Part shown: positions 1 through 9,228 of the stretch, piece by piece
How the letters are laid out: every line of letters starts with the position of its first letter
Position numbering within the stretch: the stretch's first letter is position 1
From: Sarcina sp.
Lineage (GTDB): Bacteria > Bacillota > Clostridia > Clostridiales > Clostridiaceae
DNA: 64,000 nt
Direction of reading: 5' to 3'
Assembly (NCBI GenBank): GCA_051650825.1
Contig: JBOFRC010000461.1
Coordinates: 7,817-71,816, forward strand
Made by a program: the position numbers and the translations under genes
Notes under the pieces: generated by a model
Database searches by the model: none
Told to the model about the DNA's origin: nothing
Seen by the model: only the letters and a program-made list of their open reading frames with translations

Positions 1-393
1 TTAGATTTTTCATTTAGTGGAGTAAAATCAGCAGTGCTAAATTATCTTAATCAGGCAGAAATGAAGGGCGAAGAAATTAATAAGGCTGATGTAGCAGCAA
101 GTTTCCAAAAAGCTGTAGTTGAAGTTTTAACAGATAATGTTATTAAAACGTGTAAAGCTAAGAATATTGATAAGATAGCAATAGCAGGTGGAGTTGCATC
201 AAATTCAGCTCTTAGAGAAAATCTTATAAATGAAGCTACAAAAAGGAATATAAAAATATTATTTCCAGAACCAATTTTATGTACAGACAATGCTGCTATG
301 ATAGGTAGCGCTGCATATTTTGAACTGTTAAAAGGTACACAGGCTAAGATGAATACTAATGCTAGACCAAATCTTAGAATCGGTGAGAGATAA
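1..393 (+). CDS. tsaD: tRNA N6-adenosine threonylcarbamoyltransferase TsaD, 3' part (frame is open from base 1)
   Basis: [12 protein letters not shown]..., [10 protein letters not shown] and CTDNAAMIG motifs. Confidence 0.96.
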   Translation, partial: LDFSFSGVKSAVLNYLNQAEMKGEEINKADVAASFQKAVVEVLTDNVIKTCKAKNIDKIAIAGGVASNSALRENLINEATKRNIKILFPEPILCTDNAAMIGSAAYFELLKGTQAKMNTNARPNLRIGER

Positions 394-450
394 TTAAAAT
401 TTAATATAAGTTTAAAAATAAAAATATTTATGTTGGGGGACTAGATATTA

Positions 451-1464
451 ATGAGTTTAATTTCGCATTCAAATGGATTTATTACAAAAGAGGCAAAAAA
501 GAAATTTTCATTTAAATTTATTTTTAAATCTTTAGCTATTGTTACAACTTGCACAATAGTTGGTGGATTAGGGGTTAATACATATATAAATAGTAAGAAT
601 CAAGATAAGTTAGTAAAAAAAGACTTTTATGTGACTATTGATGATAAGAAAAATTATTACAATATATTAGGAAAAGAAGAACCTACTATATTATTTGAGT
701 CAAGTAGTGGTATAGGAATTCCACAGTGGGACAGAGTAAGAACATTCCTGCAAGAAGATTATGGAATAAAGAGTTTTGCTTATGAAAGAGATGGATTTGG
801 ATTTTCAGACTTTTCAGAGGTTAAATCACCAGAGGATCAAGCAAAGGAACTTAAATTAATTTTAAGAAAAGTTGCAATGAATGGCCCTTACATATTAGTT
901 GGAGAAGGATATGGGTCAATAGTAATGACTAATTTTGCGAAGCTATATCCAGAACTTGTGAAAGGTGTTATTTTAATTTCTCCTATAAATGAGAAAGCTT
1001 TGGGCAATAATAATTATTATAATTACTTTTTAGGAGATAAATTTAATAGAAAGCTTAATAATACAATGTCTGTTTTAGGGGTTAGCAATATATATGACAA
1101 AGTTATAGGACTCAAAAATCCAGAAGGGCTTGAAAAATACCTGTCAGAAGAAGATTATACTAATTATAATATTTTAAGAGCGAGTAAAGGCTTTAATGCA
1201 GGATATTATGCAGAGCTGCAAAATATTTTAAGTAAGACTAGTAATAGTCAGACTGATGGAATGTTTAGTGAAGTACCTTTTGTAATTATTACTCAAAATG
1301 ATAATAAGGCAGAACAAGAAGCTCTTAAAAGTCTTGGAAATCCAGAAAAAACTAAAATTATAAATTCTGATAGTAATTCTGAGGTAATAGCACTTGAGAA
1401 GCCTGAGCTTATATCTGAGGGGGTTAAGTATATATTGAAAAATGGTGAGTTAAAGGAAAATTAA
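451..1464 (+). CDS. Membrane-anchored alpha/beta-hydrolase-fold protein, probably catalytically degenerate
   Basis: N-terminal TM segment; AYERDGFGFS; nucleophile elbow reads VGEGYG instead of GHSxG. Confidence 0.8.
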   Translation: MSLISHSNGFITKEAKKKFSFKFIFKSLAIVTTCTIVGGLGVNTYINSKNQDKLVKKDFYVTIDDKKNYYNILGKEEPTILFESSSGIGIPQWDRVRTFLQEDYGIKSFAYERDGFGFSDFSEVKSPEDQAKELKLILRKVAMNGPYILVGEGYGSIVMTNFAKLYPELVKGVILISPINEKALGNNNYYNYFLGDKFNRKLNNTMSVLGVSNIYDKVIGLKNPEGLEKYLSEEDYTNYNILRASKGFNAGYYAELQNILSKTSNSQTDGMFSEVPFVIITQNDNKAEQEALKSLGNPEKTKIINSDSNSEVIALEKPELISEGVKYILKNGELKEN

Positions 1465-1556
1465 AATCCTTAACAAATTGTAAATATTTGTGTCATTGAG
1501 ATGACACAATGCTCTATTATATTTATTTATAAGAGAGAGAGTTATAGGAGGATTTT

Positions 1557-2756
1557 ATGAGTGATTTTGATAACAGAAATGAAAATGAAAATAATCAAAT
1601 CTTTAATGATGATACACAAAAGGTAGATATGGGAGACTCAATCAAGAAAGAGAAAAAGAAGGCTAGCAGAAGAGTTGCAGGTACAGTAGCTATAGCTATG
1701 GCAGCGTCATTAATTGGTGGTGGTGTTGGAGCTTTTGGGGTGTATGATGCAATGACAGATTCTAAAGATGTTCCAGTAATAGAAAAAGAGGGAGACACAA
1801 AATCTGTTGTAGTTCCTGAGTTTAAGTCAGATGCTACAATGACAATACCTCAAGTTGTTGAGAAAGTAAGCCCAGCAGTAGTTGGAGTTTCTACAAAAAG
1901 TCTTGTAAGAGATGGGTATTTTAATGGTATTACTGAGCAAGAAGGAATAGGCTCTGGTTTTATAATTAGTGAAAATGGCTTAGTTGTAACAAATAATCAT
2001 GTTATTGCAGGAGCACAAGAAGTAAAAGTTATTTTACATGGGGGCGAAGAGGTTAATGCTAAAGTTGTAAACTTTGATGCTAAAGCTGACTTAGCAGTTC
2101 TTCAAATTACTGATAATGTTAAAATGCCAGGAGTTGCAAAACTTGGAGATTCATCTAAACTTTTAGCAGGGCAATCTGTAATAGCAATAGGAAATCCTCT
2201 TGGTAAAGAGTTTAGTGAAACTGTAACATCAGGAATTATAAGTTCTCCAAATAGGAGATTAAGTGAGGATGGAACAGAGCAAAATGCTCAAACATTTATA
2301 CAAACTGATACTGCGATAAATCCAGGAAACAGTGGCGGACCTCTTATAAATGCTAATGGAGAGATTATAGGTGTCAATACGGCTAAAAAAGTAGGAGAAG
2401 AGATAGAAGGTATAGGTTTCTCAATTCCTATAAATACAGTTAAGGAAAAACTTGATACTTTATCAAAACCTCAATTAGTAATGGGGGTATCAGGCATTAG
2501 TATTACACCAGAACTTGCAAAACAAGAAAATTTACCAGAAGGTTTTTATATAAAGACTGTATCTGATTTTAGTCCAGCAGAAAAAGCAGGGCTTAAACCA
2601 GGAGATGTTATTACAGCTTATAACGGAGTGCCAATTAAAAGTCATGATGATTTAGAAGCACAAAAGTCAAAATCTAAAGATGGTGATGTTGTTGATTTAA
2701 CAATAGTTAGAAATGGTCAACAATCTACAGTTAAATTAACATTAAAAACAAATTAG
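1557..2756 (+). CDS. htrA: HtrA/DegP serine protease with PDZ domain
   Basis: TNNHV, DLAV and GNSGGPL catalytic motifs; TM anchor; C-terminal PDZ. Confidence 0.96.
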   Translation: MSDFDNRNENENNQIFNDDTQKVDMGDSIKKEKKKASRRVAGTVAIAMAASLIGGGVGAFGVYDAMTDSKDVPVIEKEGDTKSVVVPEFKSDATMTIPQVVEKVSPAVVGVSTKSLVRDGYFNGITEQEGIGSGFIISENGLVVTNNHVIAGAQEVKVILHGGEEVNAKVVNFDAKADLAVLQITDNVKMPGVAKLGDSSKLLAGQSVIAIGNPLGKEFSETVTSGIISSPNRRLSEDGTEQNAQTFIQTDTAINPGNSGGPLINANGEIIGVNTAKKVGEEIEGIGFSIPINTVKEKLDTLSKPQLVMGVSGISITPELAKQENLPEGFYIKTVSDFSPAEKAGLKPGDVITAYNGVPIKSHDDLEAQKSKSKDGDVVDLTIVRNGQQSTVKLTLKTN

Positions 2757-2768
2757 AAATTATTTTAG

Positions 2769-2805
2769 GTACTAGAAAAAATTGTATTTTTCTAGTACTT
2801 TTTTT
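2769..2805 (+). terminator. Intrinsic terminator after htrA
   Basis: GTACTAGAAAAA/TTTTTCTAGTAC stem followed by T7. Confidence 0.8.
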
Positions 2806-3017
2806 AGTTTTTATATATTTTTTAAGTTTTTCAATTTCATATTTGTTCATAAAATATATGTTTTAGTACATATACATATAGAGTGAAGAGTCATAGTTTT
2901 TCTTTTATTTTCTCATGTGTATATATGTGTATATACTTTTTTTAAGTAAAGTATGAAAAAATTTTAAAAAAAGTGAAAAGAAAGTAAGCAATTTAGTCTT
3001 TTTGTATAGATGAAAGT

Positions 3018-3033
3018 TGGCATATAAATTGCT
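3018..3033 (+). promoter_or_regulatory. Sigma54 (SigL) -24/-12 promoter of the PTS operon
   Basis: TGGCATATAAATTGCT: GG-N10-GC spacing, 50 nt upstream of the IIB start. Confidence 0.85.
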
Positions 3034-3083
3034 ATTACTATTATAGTATACAGTGAGCATAATAATATTTAGGAGGATTTTTT

Positions 3084-3392
3084 ATGAAGAAAATATTATT
3101 AGTCTGTTCAGCGGGAATGTCTACTTCTTTACTTGTTTCAAAAATGAAAATCTCAGCAAAGGAAAATGGGATTGAATGTGTTATCAATGCTGTGGGTGAA
3201 GCCGAGGTTGATGAATATGAAAGAGATATAGATGTAGTATTATTAGGTCCGCAAGTAAGATTTTTATTTAATAAATTTAATGCGAAATTTAGTGCAAAGG
3301 GGATACCGGTTAGTGTCATTAATACTGTAGACTATGGAACTATGAACGGAGCTAAAGTATTAAAAAATGCACTTGATTTAATAGAAAAATAA
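3084..3392 (+). CDS. PTS lactose/cellobiose-family EIIB
   Basis: ILLVCSAGMSTSLLV and LLGPQVRF motifs. Confidence 0.95.
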   Translation: MKKILLVCSAGMSTSLLVSKMKISAKENGIECVINAVGEAEVDEYERDIDVVLLGPQVRFLFNKFNAKFSAKGIPVSVINTVDYGTMNGAKVLKNALDLIEK

Positions 3393-3422
3393 ATAAAAGG
3401 TTTTAAAGGGAGAGGTTAAAAA

Positions 3423-3722
3423 ATGGAAGAAATAATTATGAATCTTATAATGTTTAGTGGAGAGGCTAGAAGTTATTGCATGGAAGCTATTCAATTAGCT
3501 AAGACAGGAAATGTTGATGAAGCTAAAGAATTGATAGCAAAAGCTGCAAAAGAACTTGGAGAAGCTCATCATTCACAAACAGGATTAATACAAAATGAAG
3601 CAGCTGGAAATAAAGCAGAAGTTTCATTATTATTAGTACATGCTCAAGATCATTTAATGACATCAATAACAGTAAAAGATCTTGCAACTGAAATAGTAGA
3701 ATTATATTCAAGAATAGCATAA
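3423..3722 (+). CDS. PTS lactose/cellobiose-family EIIA
   Basis: SGEARS, AHHSQT and LLLVHAQDHLM motifs. Confidence 0.95.
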   Translation: MEEIIMNLIMFSGEARSYCMEAIQLAKTGNVDEAKELIAKAAKELGEAHHSQTGLIQNEAAGNKAEVSLLLVHAQDHLMTSITVKDLATEIVELYSRIA

Positions 3723-3727
3723 TTTTA

Positions 3728-3761
3728 AATAAACTCTAGTGGGAATCCATTAGAGTTTATT
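3728..3761 (+). other. Intercistronic stem-loop (stabiliser or partial terminator)
   Basis: AATAAACTCTAGTGG-GAAT-CCATTAGAGTTTATT, no clear U tract. Confidence 0.6.
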
Positions 3762-3799
3762 CTCTAAAATGATGATTTAAAGTGAAAGGGGGACTATAA

Positions 3800-4693
3800 A
3801 TGATGTATGTAATAGGTGTAGATGGTGGCGGAACTAAGACAGAAGCGGTGGCTTATGATTTACATGGAAATAGAATTTGTTCTGCTCTTACTGGGTTTGG
3901 AAACTTGCTAAACAATAAGGATGAAGCATTACAAAATGTAATTAGTGCAGTTGAGAATATTGCAACACAGCTTAAAGATTGTGATTTACAAGGAATTTAT
4001 TTAGGATTAGCAGGTTCAGAAGTTGCTAACAATTCAAAGATAGTATATGACGAAATACAAAAGTTATTTAATACAAAAGTCAAGGTTATGAATGATAGTG
4101 AATTAGCTTTAAAAGCTTTACTTAAGGGTGAAGATGGGATTTTGACAATTGCAGGAACTGGCTCAATATCTTTTGGTATTAATAATGATATACAATGGAA
4201 AGCTGGTGGTTGGGGACATTTATTAGGGGATGAAGGTTCTGCTTATAAGATTGCTATTGAAAGTATTAAGAACATGATACAAGAGAACGATAATAATATG
4301 GAACTTGGAGAACTCTCATTAAATATTTTAGAATTTTTAGATATCAAGTCTCCTGATGAGATAATAGAATTTGTGTATTCATCGACTAAGGATGAAGTTG
4401 CAAAATTAGCTGTTATTGTATCAAAACTTGCACATGATGGAGATGAAAAAGCTAGGAATATTTTAATTAGTGAAGCAAAGCTTTTAGGAGAGACAACTAG
4501 ACAAGTATTTTCAAAATTGAACTTTAGTAAATGTTCAGTTGGTCTTGTTGGTGGTGTAGTTAAAAGGTCTATAATTTTTAGAGAAGTTTTCGAAAATTAT
4601 TTAAATGAAAGAGTTGACATAGTTTCATATATAGATGAAGATGTCTCACCAGCAAAGGGAGCTTATTATATTCATAAGAAGGAATCATGTTAA
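3800..4693 (+). CDS. BadF/BcrAD-type sugar kinase, MurK-like GlcNAc/MurNAc kinase
   Basis: GVDGGGTKT, AGTGS and GGWGHLLGDEGS motifs. Confidence 0.85.
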   Translation: MMYVIGVDGGGTKTEAVAYDLHGNRICSALTGFGNLLNNKDEALQNVISAVENIATQLKDCDLQGIYLGLAGSEVANNSKIVYDEIQKLFNTKVKVMNDSELALKALLKGEDGILTIAGTGSISFGINNDIQWKAGGWGHLLGDEGSAYKIAIESIKNMIQENDNNMELGELSLNILEFLDIKSPDEIIEFVYSSTKDEVAKLAVIVSKLAHDGDEKARNILISEAKLLGETTRQVFSKLNFSKCSVGLVGGVVKRSIIFREVFENYLNERVDIVSYIDEDVSPAKGAYYIHKKESC

Positions 4694-4736
4694 TTAGAAA
4701 AATAAAACACAAAGGATTTTAGGGGGAATTTAAAAA

Positions 4737-5828
4737 ATGAAAAGATTAGGAATATCAGTATATCCAAACCATACATCTATAGAGGAGAATATTGAATATA
4801 TTGAGCTTGCAGCAAAATATGGTTTTTCAAGAATTTTTACATGCTTGTTATCAGCAGCAGATAAAGAGGTTGAAGAAATAGTTGCAGAGTTTAAAGGAAT
4901 GGTAGATGTAGCTAACAAACATGGAATGGAAGTAATAGCAGATTTAGACCCTACAGTATTTAATAAATTAGAAGCATCAATAACTGATTTGTCAGTATTT
5001 AAAGAAATGGGGCTATCTGGAATTAGACTTGATATGGGATTCAGTGGTAGTGAAGAGTCAATTATGTCATATAATAAGCATGGATTAAAAATTGAGCTAA
5101 ATGTGAGTAATGGTACTAAGTATGTAGATAATATACTTTCATACCAAGCTAATCTTTCTAATATATATGGATGTCATAATTTTTATCCACACATATACAC
5201 AGGATTATCATATGATCATTTTATAAAATGTAGTGAACAATTTAAGGCACTTGGAGTTAAGACAGCTGCATTTGTTAATTCTCCTACAGCAGAGTTTGGA
5301 CCTTGGCCAGTATCAGAAGGATTATGTACTTTAGAGGAACATAGAAATCTTCCAATAACTGTACAAGCTAAGCATTTATTTGCTACAGAAGCTATAGATG
5401 ATGTAATTATAGCAAATTCATTTGCTAGTGAAGAGGAATTAAAAGCTCTTAGTGAATTAAATAAAGAAATGTTAGAGTTTACAGTAGAACTTAATGAAGA
5501 AATTAGAGATATAGAAAAGACTATAGTTTTAGATGAGTTCCATTATAATAGAGGCGATAATTCTGAGTATATGGCTAGAAGTACGCAAAGTAGAGTTAAA
5601 TATAAGGGAACACCGTTCCCAGCATATAATACTCCTGATATAAAGAGAGGAGATATTTTAATAGATTCTGATCTTTATTCAAGATATGCAGGAGAACTTC
5701 AGGTTGCATTAAAAGATATGAAAAATTATGGTAAAACAAACGTTGTAGGGCATATAGTTGAAGAAGAAGTATTTTTATTAGATTATATAAAGCCTTGGAG
5801 TAAGTTTGGATTTAAGCTTAAAAAATAG
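4737..5828 (+). CDS. MupG/DUF871-family phospho-glycoside hydrolase
   Basis: LGISVYP, IFTCLL, GIRLDMGF, CHNFYPH and LEEHR motifs typical of DUF871. Confidence 0.88.
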   Translation: MKRLGISVYPNHTSIEENIEYIELAAKYGFSRIFTCLLSAADKEVEEIVAEFKGMVDVANKHGMEVIADLDPTVFNKLEASITDLSVFKEMGLSGIRLDMGFSGSEESIMSYNKHGLKIELNVSNGTKYVDNILSYQANLSNIYGCHNFYPHIYTGLSYDHFIKCSEQFKALGVKTAAFVNSPTAEFGPWPVSEGLCTLEEHRNLPITVQAKHLFATEAIDDVIIANSFASEEELKALSELNKEMLEFTVELNEEIRDIEKTIVLDEFHYNRGDNSEYMARSTQSRVKYKGTPFPAYNTPDIKRGDILIDSDLYSRYAGELQVALKDMKNYGKTNVVGHIVEEEVFLLDYIKPWSKFGFKLKK

Positions 5829-5840
5829 AGAGGTATTATA

Positions 5841-7178
5841 ATGAATAAAGGCATAAAGATAGTTACAATAGGAGGAGGATCTTCTTATACACCAGAGCTT
5901 GTAGAAGGGTTCATTAAAAGATATGATAAATTACCAATAAGAGAACTTTGGCTTGTGGATATAGAAGAAGGAAAAGAAAAGTTAGAAATCGTTGGTAGCT
6001 TGGCAAAAAGAATGATAGAAAAAGCTGGTGTTCCAATGGAAATTCATTTAACACTAGACAGAAGAGAAGCTTTAAAAGATGCGGATTTTGTAACAACTCA
6101 ATTAAGAGTTGGGCTTTTAGATGCTAGAATTAAAGATGAAAGTATTCCTCTAAAACATGGAATGATAGGTCAAGAAACAAACGGTGCAGGTGGAATGCTT
6201 AAAGCATTTAGAACTATTCCTGTTATTCTTGAGATAGATAAAGATATGTCAGAACTATGTCCTAATGCCTGGATGATTAATTTTACTAATCCAGCTGGAA
6301 TGGTTACAGAGGCTCTTGTTAGATATGGGAAAAATAAGAAGGTTATAGGTCTTTGTAATGTACCAATAGGTATGGAAAAGGCTGTTGCAAGTATTATGGA
6401 GGTAGATCATAGTAGAGTTACAGTTGATTTTGCAGGTCTTAATCACATGGTATATGGACTGAATATGTATGTTGATGGTAAAAAAGTAAATGATGAAGTT
6501 TTAGACGCGATAGCTACAGGAAAGCTGGGACAAATAGTTAAAAATGTAAAAGATTTTAATTGGAGTCCTGAGTTTATAAAAGCTTTAGGGGTTATGCCTT
6601 GTCCATACCATAAATATTACTATCAAATGGAAGATATGTTAAAAGATGAATTAGATGAATTTGCTAAAGGAAAGGCAAGAGGTGAATTTGTAAAAGAAGT
6701 AGAAAAAGAATTGTTTGAGCTATACAAGAATCCTAATTTAGATGTTAAGCCGCCTCAACTTGAGAAAAGAGGTGGAGCATATTATAGTGATGCTGCTTGT
6801 AGACTTATAACATCAATTTATAATGATACTAGAGATATTCAACCAGTAGATACTAGAAATAATGGGGCTATTCAAGGAATTGATAATGATTCTGTTGTTG
6901 AGATATCATGCTTAATAACTAAAGATGGACCAAAGCCTATAAATATTGGAGAGCTTCCAGTTTCTATTAATGGACTTATACAAGAGATTAAAACTTTTGA
7001 AAGGTTAACAATAGAGGCGGCGATAGAAGGCAATTATGGTAAGGCTTTACTTGCATTAACAAGTAATCCATTAACATTATCAGATAAAACTGCAAAAGTA
7101 GTTTTAGATGAACTTTTAGAAGCACATAAGCAGTATTTACCGACATTTACAAAATATTTTGAAATGAAAAATAAATAG
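5841..7178 (+). CDS. GH4 6-phospho-beta-glucosidase (CelF/LicH/ChbF type)
   Basis: TIGGGSSYTPEL, GQETNGAGG, NFTNP, GLCNVP and GLNHM motifs. Confidence 0.95.
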   Translation: MNKGIKIVTIGGGSSYTPELVEGFIKRYDKLPIRELWLVDIEEGKEKLEIVGSLAKRMIEKAGVPMEIHLTLDRREALKDADFVTTQLRVGLLDARIKDESIPLKHGMIGQETNGAGGMLKAFRTIPVILEIDKDMSELCPNAWMINFTNPAGMVTEALVRYGKNKKVIGLCNVPIGMEKAVASIMEVDHSRVTVDFAGLNHMVYGLNMYVDGKKVNDEVLDAIATGKLGQIVKNVKDFNWSPEFIKALGVMPCPYHKYYYQMEDMLKDELDEFAKGKARGEFVKEVEKELFELYKNPNLDVKPPQLEKRGGAYYSDAACRLITSIYNDTRDIQPVDTRNNGAIQGIDNDSVVEISCLITKDGPKPINIGELPVSINGLIQEIKTFERLTIEAAIEGNYGKALLALTSNPLTLSDKTAKVVLDELLEAHKQYLPTFTKYFEMKNK

Positions 7179-7187
7179 TAATTAATT

Positions 7188-7229
7188 ATATAGCTCATTA
7201 ATATTTTTTAATTAATGAGCTATATTTTT
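7188..7229 (+). terminator. Intrinsic terminator ending the PTS operon
   Basis: ATATAGCTCATTAAT/ATTAATGAGCTATAT stem plus T tract. Confidence 0.8.
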
Positions 7230-7349
7230 GTATTTTAATCTCTATTTTAGATTATTAGATAAATTTTTTTAATAATGAGTAACTAAGCAATATATTTTAC
7301 ATATTTTATTATTAGAGGTTTAGGTGAATGAAAAAATTTTTACAATAGT

Positions 7350-7934
7350 GTGGTGAGAATTTTGGAATTTAACGAAAATTCAGAAATTAATAGTTTGTTT
7401 GTAGGCATAATTCCTACATTTGAAAGTGAAAATTATATATTAAGAAAAGTTGTATTATCAGACTGGGAAGATTTGATAGAAATTTATCAAAATAGCTTTT
7501 TGCATGAATATGGAAATACTCCATATATATATACTGAAAAAATGGCAGTAAATCTAGTTACAGGGATAGAATACAATTATGCTATGGGAAAAGCTGCGGC
7601 TTGGAGTATAGAAGACAAAGCAACTAATGAATGTATAGGAATATTATCTTTAAATAATGTTTCTATAAGCGACAAAAAAACAGAAATTGGATATGGACTT
7701 AAAGAAATTCATATGAATAAGGGAATTATGAGTGAAATATTTCCTGTTTTTTTAGATAACATAATCTCTTATGGATTTTATAGAATAGAGGCTAATATAG
7801 ATACAAATAATGTAGCATCTATAAACTTATGTGAGAACAATGGTTTTTTACAAGAAGGTATTAGAAGAAAATATATATTTAACTTAGAGAAGCAAGTATT
7901 TTCAGATAGTTATATATATGCAAAGGTTCTTTAA
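7350..7934 (+). CDS. RimJ/RimL-family GNAT acetyltransferase
   Basis: EIGYGL..GIMSE and RIEANIDTNNVASINL..NGFLQEG motifs; start codon uncertain. Confidence 0.85.
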   Translation: MVRILEFNENSEINSLFVGIIPTFESENYILRKVVLSDWEDLIEIYQNSFLHEYGNTPYIYTEKMAVNLVTGIEYNYAMGKAAAWSIEDKATNECIGILSLNNVSISDKKTEIGYGLKEIHMNKGIMSEIFPVFLDNIISYGFYRIEANIDTNNVASINLCENNGFLQEGIRRKYIFNLEKQVFSDSYIYAKVL

Positions 7935-8014
7935 GAATAATCCCCAGATTTAACAAGTAAAGTAGTATATCTGGGGATTATATATCATTATTAAAAGAAA
8001 AATAGGGGGAAGCT

Positions 8015-9100
8015 GTGGATAAGTTTATATTACTAATTATGGTTTTATTTTTTATAATAGGTGGATTAGATTACATATTAGGTAATAAGTTTGGATTTGG
8101 TGAAAAGTTTAAAGAGGGTGTAGAGGCAATTGGAGTTTTAGTTCTTTCGATGACAGGAATATTTGCTATTTCACCTATTATTGCAAATGTAATTAATGCT
8201 GTATTTAAACCGATAGGAGAATTTTTTAATCTTGATATTTCTATATTTTCATCAATGTTTTTAGCTATAGATATGGGAGCTTTAGGAATTAGTGAAAGTC
8301 TTGCTATAAGCGAAGAAATGATGGTTATTTCAGGAATAGTAATAGCGTCTACATTAGGTGCTACTTTAAGCTTTTCAATACCGTTAGCATTTGGAATGAT
8401 AAACAAAAAATATAATAAAGACTTAGCAAAGGGAATGATTTATGGCGTTGCAACAATGCCAATAGCACCAATTATTGCAGGATTAATTTTAAAGATTAAT
8501 TTTAAATTATTATTAGTCAATTTAATTCCTTTGTTTATTATGACGATACTTTTAATAATAGGAATATTAAAGTTTGAAGTTTTAGTTGAAACTATTTTTG
8601 AGTTATTGTCAAAAGGTATCTTGGTTATAAGTTTAGGAGCTCTTATTTTACTTGGAATTAATTCTATATTAGGAATAGAATTAATAAAAGGAATGCTACC
8701 TATTGATGAAGCTCTAGGTGTAGCAGGAAGAATAGGAATATTTTTAGCAGGTGCATATCCATTCTTAGAATTCGTTACGAGATATTTTAGTAAGTGTTTT
8801 AGTAGATTATCAAATATTATAAAGGTAAAGGAAATTGCGATAATAAATTTGTTTGCAGGACTTGTATCTAATATAATAATTTTTAAAAACTTTGAAAAGT
8901 TAGGGCAAAGAGGTAGGGTTATTTGTAGTGCGTTTAGTGTTAGTGGAGCTTTTGTTTTAGGTGGTCAACTTGGTTTTGTATCTGCTAAGGTGCCAAATTT
9001 TATAAATGTGTATATAATATCTAAGTGTATTGCAGGAATAGCAGCGATAGTATTAAGCTTATATATTTTAAACAAAAAGGATAATAAAATAACAGTTTAG
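8015..9100 (+). CDS. eutH: EutH-family ethanolamine transporter-like membrane protein
   Basis: LAIDMGALG, SFSIPLAFG and AFVLGGQLGF motifs; multiple TM helices. Confidence 0.8.
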   Translation: MDKFILLIMVLFFIIGGLDYILGNKFGFGEKFKEGVEAIGVLVLSMTGIFAISPIIANVINAVFKPIGEFFNLDISIFSSMFLAIDMGALGISESLAISEEMMVISGIVIASTLGATLSFSIPLAFGMINKKYNKDLAKGMIYGVATMPIAPIIAGLILKINFKLLLVNLIPLFIMTILLIIGILKFEVLVETIFELLSKGILVISLGALILLGINSILGIELIKGMLPIDEALGVAGRIGIFLAGAYPFLEFVTRYFSKCFSRLSNIIKVKEIAIINLFAGLVSNIIIFKNFEKLGQRGRVICSAFSVSGAFVLGGQLGFVSAKVPNFINVYIISKCIAGIAAIVLSLYILNKKDNKITV

Positions 9101-9105
9101 AAAAA

Positions 9106-9163
9106 TAATAAATGACTGTAGTAGTTCAAAAAAGATATTTGAATACTACAGTCATTTTTATTT
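9106..9163. terminator. Bidirectional terminator between eutH and GT4
   Basis: AAATGACTGTAGTA/TACTACAGTCATTT with A and T flanks, between convergent genes. Confidence 0.8.
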
Positions 9164-9228
9164 GATAGTTATTGTTTTTTTAGAAAAGAATAAAATATTT
9201 ATCTGAAATTTTTTTATAGTAATTTTAT

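Noticed and set aside
7328-7348. Six-codon uORF (MKKFLQ) just before the GNAT start
   Set aside because: Could mediate translational coupling but is equally likely to be chance in AT-rich DNA; nothing independent supports it.
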